This document shows positions 1 to 12,700 of a stretch of 64,000 bases of DNA, one piece after another; position 1 is the first letter of the stretch, and every line of letters starts with the position of its first letter. Below the pieces are notes generated by a model that saw only the letters and a program-made list of their open reading frames with translations, was not told the DNA's origin and made no database searches. The stretch spans positions 2,540,449 to 2,604,448 of the forward strand of contig CM082597.2 of NCBI GenBank assembly GCA_040954595.2, given 5' to 3'. Source of the stretch: Balanoglossus misakiensis. Its lineage: Eukaryota > Animalia > Hemichordata. The translations under genes and the position numbers were made by a program.

Positions 1-742
1 TGCAGTCTATCATGTACCATTCGACGACACCATCTAACACACTGAAAAATAAAATAATTCATCTGTCAGTTTGAGCTTGGTGTACTAATTAACACAACCA
101 TTGAGTATCATTATTTGTTTTCATGATTGTTTCGGTCCTCTCGATTAAGTGCATGTGCTCATTTTAACAGCAGATGTTGTATTTATGCCAATTACCTGAC
201 GTAGGTACACTCTTTTCCTTCAGGGTTGTTGGCAGCATTCTTGTTCCACAAAGTGAAACCTCCCTGTTGGTTGACATCATCTGCCATCCAGGCGCCATAG
301 CTTTTGTAGAGACCAACCAAAATTTCACTTTCTGCGGTGGTGTTGATGAATGCCATGAGATTGTCAAACATTTCCGGAGACTGCATCCGTGCCAAGTCAC
401 CACCGAAGTATTCGCAGGTGTCCCACGCAGTGATGTAGTCGGCTGGTGTTGATGAGAGTCGATAACGAACTGTTGCTGGCGTGTCAGGTTCTGGAAAAAG
501 AATTTGATGGTTTGATAATAAGTAGAATAACTCCAATGACCTCGCAATAGAACGGAGATTATATTTATGCTTCAGTCACGCATAAAACTCATCGGAGAAA
601 ATGTTTCGTACAAGTGTCATGTACTCACGTAGACAAAATGGTCCTTTCCAGCCTACTGCACAGGTACATGAGCAATACCCATTCTCCAGATCTATGGTGA
701 CTTGTCCACCATTTCTACACCAAGGAGAACCATTCAAGCAAT
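1..742 (-). CDS. Repeat unit C (partial): EGF8-CTL10
   Basis: Exons 742-629 (114 nt), 490-196 (295 nt) and 41-<1, paralogous to unit B. Confidence 0.88.
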
Positions 743-3700
743 CTGTGTAAAATGTCACCAAAACATTTCAGACATTGCCTCAATTAAACACCAATTAATA
801 TAATATTTAAAAGTTACACAATGCTAACCAAAGGGCAAAGGGAAACAGGCTACAATTTCTCTGTCTACTAATGCAATATATAAACTGAATATAGATACTT
901 GCCAAATTCACAAATACTAAGCCTTCCGAGAGCTGCAGTGCATAAAAGAGGTTGGAAACCATAATCTTTGTCCTTCCTGTAATGTACAAAATAAAACAGA
1001 TCAGAATAGACATTGAGAAATGACAAGTGTGATACAAGATGAGTTTTTGATAATAAATACCAATATTTCTGTGAGAATACTTCTTTATCTATATTGTATA
1101 TACAAGATAATTTATACACACACACACAAACATACAGACAGACATATATTTTTACCTGAGAACAGCACAGTCGTCGATAGCATCCACACTAAAAGCCCAA
1201 TCAAAGTAGTCTTGTTGGCCATCACTGTTAACCCACAAATCATTTTCCTTTCTCAAGTCGAAATAAATACTATCATCTGGAACAGTCTGCGTTGAGATAA
1301 ATGCACCAATACCCTGCTGTGTACCAAAATTTGGCACAACCGCAAGCCTACCACCCATAGCAACGCATTCATCATTGGCTGTTAGCCCTGACACTGGTAG
1401 TAAGTTCACCCAATACATAAGATCAGTGTAAACTGCAATGTATAATATAAGAACACAAATATTAACAAGGATTCTCCTGGTGGTGATATCTTGCTAGTTA
1501 ATAGCGTACTTCATCGCATGATTTGACGTCAATTAGCAAAGACTACAATAGGTTTTATTCTGAAATTATTGTAAATGTTTATAGCCCTTAGGAATGGTAC
1601 TATTTTTGCATTCTGTTGTGTACTTCTAAAAGATATATAAAGAAATAAACATCTTGTTGTACCTTCACAGAATTCTCCACTCCAACCACTGTTGCAGCTA
1701 CAGAAACAACCTTCTTCAGCATGTGCAGTTATCACGCCATTGTTACACCATGTGCCACCCGAACAATCTAATCATGGAAAAGACATAAACCAAGCCTGTT
1801 AAATATCAGTGACACTGTTTAAATTGTTTTCATTTATTTAAGCTGATAACACCAGATGAACATCATAACAATATTTATTTTCTTAACCATCGTCAAGTAG
1901 GAATATTTTTTTAAACAGTTACAGGAAAGTAAAGTAGGTTTTAAACTTACCAAATTCACAGACATGCTTTCGACTGGCAATAGTACAGTCCGTCATGTAC
2001 CATTCAACAACACCTTCTAACACACTGAGAAAAGAATTCAATTCTTACTGGTCTGATGTATGTCAGGCATATACATGGTTTACATTTGGAATAAGCAATT
2101 TAATGTCCACAGTTTCAATAGTAATATTGTTGTGGGTTGCCATTCCAAAAACAAATTTGAAGTTTTCCGCATGGAAGAAAATGTTTACATTGTATCAAGT
2201 TCACAGGAAATACGGTTATTTATGAAAATTACCTGACGTAGGCGCAATCTTTCCCTACAGGGTCATTGGCCACATTTGTATTCCAAAGACTGTAACCGCC
2301 TTGTTGATTGGTGCCATCTGCCATCCAGACACCGTTGATTTTGTGTAAACCAATCAAAACCTCAGTTTCTGTGGTCGTGTCGATGAACACCCTGAGATTC
2401 TCGAACATTTCCGGGGACTGCATTCGTGCCAAATCGCCGCCGATATAATCGCAGCTGTCCCTGGCAGAGGTGTATTCAGTTGATGCCGAAGACAGGTGGT
2501 AACGAACTGTTGGTGGTGTATCCGGTTCTGAAAAATGACAAATTCAACATTTATGGTCGAAATTTCAACAAATCAATGCAGCAAAGATTACTGATGTAAA
2601 CCATGGGAGTGGTGCAAAACTTCCAACCAATCAAAATACTTCTTTATCACACAGCAGTAAAAAACTTGTGCACTGAAGTCACACTTACGTAAGCAAAATG
2701 GTCCTTTCCATCCAACTGCACAGGAACATGAGCAATAGCCATTAACAGGGTCCATGGTAACCTGTCCATTATTCCTGCACCAAGGTGTACCATCCAAGCA
2801 ATCTACACAGAATGGTATCAACAACATTTAGTTCTAATTATTTATATATATACTGTTTTGCTGAATTGCTAGTACCTGGAGACATACAATCAATTCTTTT
2901 TAATTTACGACCTCGGTGTTAAGTCATCATTACAACATTATAAACATTATAACATGAATACTTGCCAAATTCACAAATGCTAAGTCTTCCTAGAGCTGCA
3001 GTACATAAAAGTGACTGGAAGCCATAATCTTTGTCTCTCCTGCAATGAAAAATAATAAGCTTACCGTACGATAAGGCATCACAACTGATCAGTTTAGCTC
3101 AGCTCAGTTGAACATTAGTATATAAAAATAATTATTGAGTATTACTCAATGAACAGTTGACGGTTTATTTTATTCTACAATATATTACAGTGTGTTCAGT
3201 TTAAGTTCTTTATAAATTGCATAGACGCACATACTGACAGACATTTTTACCTGAGAACAGCACAGTCGTCAAGAGCATCAACACTAAAAGCCCAATCAAA
3301 GTAGTCTTGTAGACCATCACTATTTATCCACACATCGTTTTCCTTCCACAGGTCAAAATAGAGTCTATCATCAGGAACCGCTTGCGTCGAGATGAACGCA
3401 CCAATAGCATCTTGCGTACCAAAATTCGGCACAACAGCAAGCCTACCACCCATGGCAACACATTCATCATTGGCTGTTAGCCCTGACACAGGCATTAAGT
3501 TTACCCAGTACATGAAATCAGTAGCAACTGTAAAATTACAAAAAAATGAATTAATTTCTTAAATGACGCATAGCTTCCACACAATACCTGTTGCAATTTC
3601 ATTGTTATCTTGTATCATAATCACGTAAATTATTAAAGTATTAATGTCAGCTACGCACCATTTTGTTAGCAGACCTGGCTGTATGACATATTCACTGTTG

Positions 3701-6700
3701 AATGCCGAGTTTCAGAATAAATTGTGACACTTTGCATACTTGCAAAAAGAATCAAGAAACTCCTTGAACATTTACAAACCTTCACAGAATTCTCCACTCC
3801 ACCCGCTGTGACAGCTACAGACACATCCATCTTCAGCATGTGCAGTGATAACACCATTTTGACACCAAGAACCGCCAGAACAATCTACCAATAAAACAGT
3901 CATCAATCAGATGTGCATAATTCATTTAGATTTTCGTGTTTTCAACCTTCAACTGACAACATACACATAATCCATCCAGTTATATGTGCAAATCAGTAAC
4001 AATGAAACGTATATATTTTTTGCCTACCAAATTCACAGACGTATTTCCTCGACTGGATAGAGCAATCCACCATGTACCACTTGTTGTCTACAACGCTGAT
4101 TTAGCCAGAAAAAAAACACAGAAGAAAGGGAAGGATGTTATTGTTTGTTGAAGACATATGAATCATAATCGCATTACGAAACATCGACATGTCTGATTCA
4201 GCCGTGCATTATCGTCTTACCTTATGTAAGCACAGTCTTTGCCAGCAGGAGAGTTGCCAACATTATCCACCCATCCGCTGTACGCCCCCTGTTGGTTGGT
4301 GTCGTCAGCCATCCAGATGCCATTGGCCTTGTTCAGGCCAATCAGTACCTCTGTTTCTAAGGTCGGGAGTACATAGCTCATCAGGTTTTCGTACATCTTG
4401 TTTGATTGGACACGAGTGAGAATTCCACCGATGTAACTGCATGCAGCCTTGGCTTCAATGAAATTGGCGGTCTCTTCTGAGAGCCGGTAACGGACATTGG
4501 GGGTAGGGTCAGGTTCTGAAAAAGTAAATATACAAATGGTTGATAATTTGCCTTTTTAACTTACTAACAACAGAGACATGTGCTCAAACATATAGTTCTT
4601 TGTCTTCAGGAGAGAAACGTTCATACTTACCTAAGCAAAACATCCCTGACCAACCTGGTGGACAGTCGCAGGTGCATGTGGCGTTAACACTATTGATATT
4701 AATGACACCGCCATTACGACACCATGGTGCACCATCCAAACAATCTGAAATCGTAAATGATTGATTTCTTTACTCACATATGCTTAAAGAGGCAAAGTCA
4801 CTAAATCTTGTTATTTAACTTTTTTATGACACATCAGAGACAAAGATTCGGTACACCAAGTCTGCCTACTGGACCAAAACCGATTGTTCCTTTTTCTGCA
4901 CGTTTTCATGAACCCTTACTTACCGAATTCACAAAGATGACTTCGGTCTATGTTCTTTGAACAGTTCACAGCAAACCACTGGTAATTATTATCTGGCCTT
5001 TAAAATAAAAAGTTTGTTCATTCAAAATTTGTAACTGAAGTGAGTTTTCTCAACATTGGTAAGGGGAAAATAATCTTCAAAACTTTCCCTAAGTCTCTCA
5101 GTTGGTACATTTCTCGTGTTGAAAGTCACCCTTACCATATACAACAAAATATGTGTAAATGAACCTACCTTAGCCCACCACATTCCAAGCCACCTGTTTC
5201 AGGTTCATTATTTGCCCAATTGGCATACCCAGTAAGGGCTTCACCATCCTCATAGCGCCAAACACCGTTATCCAGGTGCAGCCCAAAGTAAATTTTTAAC
5301 CCAACAGCATAATCCTTGACACCGTTGATGTAATTTTCAGCTCGCGCTTGGGTGCTTTTGGTGTTCACCTTTGCTAGGTTACCCATATAGGCCTCACAGT
5401 TGAGTTGGGCATCGGATCTCTTGTACTGGACTTGCGGAAGCCAGAGGGCTTTTGGATCTATGGGTTCTGGGCAGGACAATAAAAAGGGTGTTATTCAGTA
5501 CATGGCTAAATAGTGTATTAAAATCACGGTTGGTATTGACCACTGTGGAAGCTTGCACAATGACAGTCTGTTTGAATCACGTGAAATAGAAATCCAACGT
5601 CAGCATCTGTAGTCCTGGCCTAAACATCATTGCCTTACCTGGAGTTGTAGTTGGCGGCAAAGTTGTCGTTGTTGAAACTGAAAAAGAGGAAATATATTCA
5701 TCTAATAAATTGCTGTCTTGATTGCTGACTTCACAGGGTGATTGGGGAAGTTGGTGAAGTTACTGAAAAACGAAAAGCTAACCAGGCATATCATTGATTT
5801 TACGAGATACTTACTTTCGCAAAAGGTGCCTTCCCAATATTCATCACACAAGCAAGAGCATGTTCCACTGCCACTGACCACAGTGCCGTGATGACACCAA
5901 TCCGAATGCGTGCAATCTAAATCGAGGAAACAAGGAGAATTTTATGTTAACAAAACAAATTAATATATTTCCTATAGCTCTCTCCCTCTCTCACCAATTA
6001 TGTACAAAACATAACTAAACATCTTACCAAATTCACACAGGCTTAGTCGACCATTCCCCCAGGTACAGAGACCAGGTGTCCATTCATAATTTTTCTCTTC
6101 GCTATTACAAATAAGAAAACAAAAGGTCTGATTCACTGATTCACAATCATTTAAAGTTTAATGATATTCTTGTGATGGTGACATTGTAGGTCCAGTGACT
6201 AATGTTAACCTGATAACGATGGTGGAACTATTTCATGACTTCAACAATCAGCTTTTACCGTTTGCGCTCCCTGAAGAACTAAACGAGACACTATACTCAC
6301 TTTAAGTAGGAACAGTCGTGTTCGTCTTGAAATGAGAAAGCCCAATTATTGTAGACCTGATCACCATCAGCATTTATCCACACACCGTTCACCTTATGAA
6401 TATCGAAGTAAACTTTGCTGTTGCTCAAAGTCACACTGCTGAGAAAGTTGCCAACTGAACTTTGCACGACTGCATTTGGAACCACTGCAAGTCTTCCGAA
6501 CCTGGCAGAACACTTGGCAGACGCATCGTCATATCCGTCCACGGAAATCGGGTTCAACCAATACTTGATATCATGGCGTTCTGTAGAATGGCAGGATTAA
6601 ACGCTCAAGAAACAAAATGCATCTATATTGAAATGCCTAATTTTACAATATATTCAGTCAGATGCCAGTTTGTGATTTTCAAAACTTGGCCTGACCATAC

Positions 6701-9700
6701 TTTTGTACAACCTGGAAACATTTAGGCATTTTCCCATCACTTTTTTATTCACAAAGCAAGCTAGTTCATGCACTTTCATTTAGTAAAACACAACAATCTA
6801 CTATATTATGCAGCTGATGAGTACCTGAACAGAATTCACCGGTCCACGTGTAGTAACACTGACAGAAACAGCCTTCTTGGGCGTCCATGATCACGTCACC
6901 ATTCACACACCATGTGGTGTCCACAGTGCAATCTGCCAAAATCATTAGCCAAAAAATTAGTCTGGTGGTTTTGTGGTATGTTTTCAATCACGGCTGTTCT
7001 TCCTCTCTGTTAGTACTGGTTGTTTATTGACATTGTTGACAGGAGATCTCATTTCAAATGCCAGGATACCCTGATTCAAAGTCAATTACTGCTCATGAAA
7101 AACCCTCTTTGAACGGGCGTATTTCTATCGTGCTTTCTTTGTTTTATTGTGGTCCATCTTTTACCCAAAATTGCAAGGCAATTTCCAGTGATTTGGATGC
7201 TTAGAATGAAGCTTAAAGCAAGTAAAGGCAGTTGGAATTATGTGAGGTAAAAGCTTACCAAATTCGCAGACATATTTATTAGTGCTGGTCGTACAGTCTG
7301 TTCCAACCCACATCCAACTACTGTCATACCTATTTAAAAAGAAATTGCACACTATGTTAATGTGCCATTCTAAAAGGCTGCATAATGTCTGGCTAATGAA
7401 AGACTAATTATCAATATTTATCAATATATTTTTGTCTCTTCAGAGTGCCCACATGCGACAAACTTTTGTATGAGTAAAGCAGATATACGGTAATGATTGT
7501 TTACTTTATAAATGCATAAAAAGAAAAAATTTCAAGCGACTTCTGAACAACTTACCTCATTGCTGCACAATCGTTAGATCCTGGATTGTCACCTAACCAT
7601 GCTGAGAATTCACCTACATGTAAATCATCATCTGTTACCCACCACTCTCCTGTCTTGTGCAGACCGAACAGCACTTCTGTTTCGCCGTTCCCGGTTGCGA
7701 ATTCTCCAATGTTCTGAAACATTTGGGAAGTCACCGGCCTTGCCAGTTGGCCACCCAGCCCACTGCACGCTTGTGATGCATTCACGTAGTTGGTCGGAGT
7801 GTCTGATAACATGTACCGCACTGTCGGTGTCGTATCAGGCTCTGCAAAATGACGAAGAATTGTTGAACGATATCTGAAGGGTCTTTTAGACTAGCATAAA
7901 GACATTCTTTGTTTTTAAGACACTCAAAACATTTACAACCTGTTTGTCTTTACACACATGAAAACCGAAAATATCCAATTGTAATTTCTCATAACTATGT
8001 GAATAGAGACTTACGTAAACAGAACATTCCCGTCCAACCAGAATCACAAACACATGAACATGACCCTCCAGCTTCTGTCACAACACCACGTTGACACCAT
8101 GCAGTGTCTACAACACAGTCTGAAAGAAGAAAAATAAACAACGTGGCCATTAATAAAGACAGTCTGACATTGGAAGACACATGACAAATACTGTGGACTG
8201 TGTGTGGATGCAGCGAGACTAGCATCAACTTCAAAAAACTTTGCAATAAAATTATACATTACACGAGTTACATACCAAATTCACATAGGTGTAGTCTTTG
8301 ATGTTCACTGCAGTTCTCTGCAACCCACTGGTAAGAGTTAGTCGGGCTGTTGAAAGAAAGAAAGCAAATGCAACAATTTGTCAGTTAAACAGGCAAAAAG
8401 ATATCTGTTCTGCTCGGTAATGCTGTCTGTCCTGAAAAGTGTTGTGGGCAAAATTTTTAGCAGACGACATGTGTTAAATTTAAGTAACACAGTCACAACT
8501 TTCTTGCTGTCGTCTGCTAGATGGAGTGAGATATATTAGTAGAAAACAGTAGGTAAGGTTTGACATTTCAAAGCCATAGAACCATGTACCTTAAGACCAC
8601 ACAGTCAAAATCATTGTTTGCGGGTTCCCCAGATGTCCAGTCGCTCCACAATCTAAGCTCATGTCCATCTTCATACTTCCAAACTCCGTCGACTTTCTGC
8701 AGCTGTAAATAGATGCCAGTCGTGGTCTGTGCAGCTGGGATACCACTCAGGTGATTTTCGATGTTGGCTTTAACAGTGGCATCTGTGATTTTGCTGAGGC
8801 GGCCACCGTACAGCTCACAGTTTGCCTTTGCGAGACTGTGTTCCCGTGTTGGTTGGGGAAGCCAGTATGTTACGGGTGGGGTTACCCCTGTGAGAATGAA
8901 CAAAATAAACATTATAAATGTATTCGACAAATAAAGTAAAATATCACAAACATCTATATTTATATGTGTATATTATATACCTATTTAATAGGTCACAGAA
9001 TCTATGTGCATTAAACGTTGTTAGCACATATCAAGTCAAAAACTTACCTATTTCACACACAGACCCAATGGCTTCTGAACAACCATAATCTAACCATTGG
9101 TAACCATCAGCACGACTACAATAACAGACATGAGACATTTAGTTCAATTTACATATATATATGCATGGGAACAATTTTGAACTCTGGCATGATCTTTTGC
9201 TCTTTTCCTACCTGAGTACAACACAGTGATTATTCTTTTCATCTGGTTCGATTCCCGCCCAGTTGAAGTAGACAGGTTCATCCTCGTTTGACAGCAGAAT
9301 ATACCCTGAGGATTCCTCTTGATGTAGACCGAAGTAGAACTTGTCGTGTTCCGGATAGCCTTCCAGGAATGTTGCCAAGTGGTTCTGGATATCGACATTC
9401 CGGATGTTGGCTAGTGCTCCCCCGTAGGCTATGCACTCTTGTCGTGCGCCTTCATATGTTGAAGCAGTAACCACTCGATAATGATCAATTCCCTCGAGGC
9501 CTTTACCTGTGTAGAATTTAAGGAAACACTTTTGTAAACTTAGTTCGAATAGATGCTGTTATTCATTGTAACTTTGTATGCTTTGTCCATCTGTCTGGGT
9601 TTTTTTTTTTTTGTTAATTTGTTTAAATTCTGCATGTCCATGAATTCATCAGTTTTAACGCTGTATATTGAGTAAACGAAAAAATATACTTACCATCACC

Positions 9701-12700
9701 GTCAGTGTTACATGTCACTCCTTCTGGGCAGATGCATCCAAGAACTGCATCACAGACCTGAGAGAAAGGCAATTTATGGTCATTAAGTGACATCTGAAAT
9801 TCCTCAAGGGTCGTGTGTGTGCTGCTTTCTCGTCCAGACCTCTTATTTCGATACAGTGAAAAAGACACCAGACATGACTGCATTTGGGACTTACCCGATT
9901 GAAGCCACATGTAGCATCTACAAATGTTGGCATCTGCCCTTGTGTTGTGCAATCTGATACCATTAAGTCCATGTTTACAACATTACACCAAATATGACAA
10001 TCACCCTGAGAAAAAGATCAATAAAATACTTGTGAATTCACATAATGGAAAATAAAAGTCATAATGATAACTCTGCTATTGTCAAAGATGAAATAATATA
10101 TCGGTTATCTGTAATAGTTATTCCATAGACTAGACACGACAAATAATCTTTTCCGTACTGTTTGGTAAGTCTTGCGCCAGGGGCAGACTTCTTCACTGTA
10201 GAAACTGCTGTTGGCAGCGTATTTCAGATAGCAGTCGTGGTCAAGACGCTCGTCTTCTGAATTCAGAACTTCGAATATGAGAGTACCGTTGGGGGCGTCG
10301 CTGAAACAGTCTCCATCATTAGAACTGATGAGCAATAAAGAACAAATTTATACTTAGTTTATGTACTCATGCAAGTATGTGTTTTGCTCATAGTTTACTG
10401 ACATTGTTTTCAGAATTACATGATTGATACATCTCACTTCTCCCCCTGCCTTCTCCCTCTCACCTCAAATAAGTCATTGCATCATATCTATTACAACTGG
10501 TGAATTTCAATTTGTTGACGTCAGACATTATTCCATCTTCCGTACAACCATCGATTAACTCATCGTTATCCATGCCGAGACTGCAAAAAATTAAAAGCAA
10601 AAATAATCATTAGTACATGCATTGTTAACAATAAGTTCACGAAACTCTATCTGATCTCTTTTTAATGTAACAATGTAACAATTTTTTTTTGCATTATACA
10701 TACATGTGACCAAACTGACGAGCAAGAACACGGGCAGTGTGGTCTTTGCTGTAATACTTGACAGCAAGGTAGTGATTGTTTGGGTGACATCCTTGGAAGG
10801 ACGACAGACCAACGTCATTTCCGTTATCAGCCACAGACGTTCTGACAAAAAGAAATGAACAGATTATAATGTTAGGTGTTTTACAGAATAAGCAGGAACA
10901 TATTTTGAAAACCATAAAATCTAGAGTTTACTTTGTCCAATTTTGACAGTCTGCGTCATACAAAATAGGTCACTGGTATGATTTCTTTCCATATTCACAT
11001 ATTTAAGTGAATTGAAACATCGATAAAATGGGATTAGACTATTGACTTCATCTGACAAACACTATACCACCTCTTATACACAGACAGTGGTCTTGCTTCT
11101 AATTATCATAAAACAGAAATTTTGCTCTTTCTATTTTATTTCCTTATTTTAAAGATTCAATCATCATTTTTAAGACTAGGCATTTTATTTTGCTTCAGGG
11201 CTTTGAGCAAGTGTGGTAGATACAAAAGAACAAAACAGCAAAAAGTTGCTGTGCTAATTAAGCTTTAAATAAAACATTTACTGTGGCTCTTTTCAGAGTT
11301 TAGTCACACTATCAGAAGAGCTCTTGGCAGCAATGACACTAGCGCCACCAAGTGGTGAAATGGGTTAAAATACAGTGCCCATGCTAAATAGTATTACATC
11401 ATGTAATATTGAATTAAAATCTTTCAAGTTAAAATTACTGACATGTGTAATTGTGGTGCCTTACCCTCCCAGCACAAACGCCACGTCATAATACTTCAAG
11501 TCAGATTCACCTCCATCGCGCCATGTTAGTTGTTTTTCCCAGGCAAAAGCAAACGTGGAGAAGAGGTCGGTAATGTCTCCATACGAGAATCTGCCAATCA
11601 AATTCTAGAAGCAAAACAAAAAAGGATGACATTAAAGTCTGACAATCAACAGGATCAAAATGCTTCAGACAATGGTTGTCTATGAAGAATAGTATTAGCA
11701 CAGTTATTCTCTGAAAATCATGATAGGATGGATTGCAATGAAAATATCACACCAGAGGTATATTTGCTGGCAAAGAATAATTTAAAATCTATTTTCTGAG
11801 CACACATACTTAAAAACTTGTTGGTTAAAATAGTTTCCAATAACTATGAATCCACTGACCAAAGTAGTACATGTAATTAATTATGCAGGACACTAATACA
11901 CATTCACCTTGATATGTTTCATTTTTGCAGGTCAGCGCGATTTTTAACACAAAATTGGACCACTCCAGAAAAGTTCACACACTACTCACTATCGAAATGC
12001 GAAATTGGGTATGGTTATCGCATAATTTTCGTTTCTAGAGCTAAAAACTACGAGCGTACGATAGCTCAGTCCGATTATAAGCTATTAATACATTACAATT
12101 TTATGCAAATAAGGGACGCTCAAAAATATGTTTCATTTTCCACATTGACACAAAAACGGCACCATAAGATGCTACTTCTGCCCGTGAACCCGTCTCAGAA
12201 ACCACAATAAAATTCCTGAATCATATAACAATGCGAATACAAAGTATAATGGTCACCTTACATCGTTTACCACTATTTTTGGCCAATTTACTATCTACCT
12301 AAACGTCAATTTCGTTCAGTATAACATATGATCCCGGGCTTGGCTGACGACACGACTCGATGAGGTCAACATTTCGATTGAAAAATACTAATTCAAACAC
12401 TAACCTTCCTGTTAGGCGATGTCTGTAGTTGCAAGAGCGATCAATACTGAACATATGTTCAATATTTTAGGCAAACCGGGCTGAAATTTCCGCCCGTTTG
12501 CCACGAAATCTGAGAGGGTCGGGCGGACGATGTCACCCCCTCAAACACGCTGCTCTAACTGACGCGTCACGTACGCACACCGCGTGGCCTTCGAAATTTG
12601 ATACATTTCAGATATTGTAACATTTAAATGTAGCATTTCCTACAACTTTGGCGAAAACAAGTGCTACGTGACCAGACAGCCCCAGCGATCTTGAATAGTC

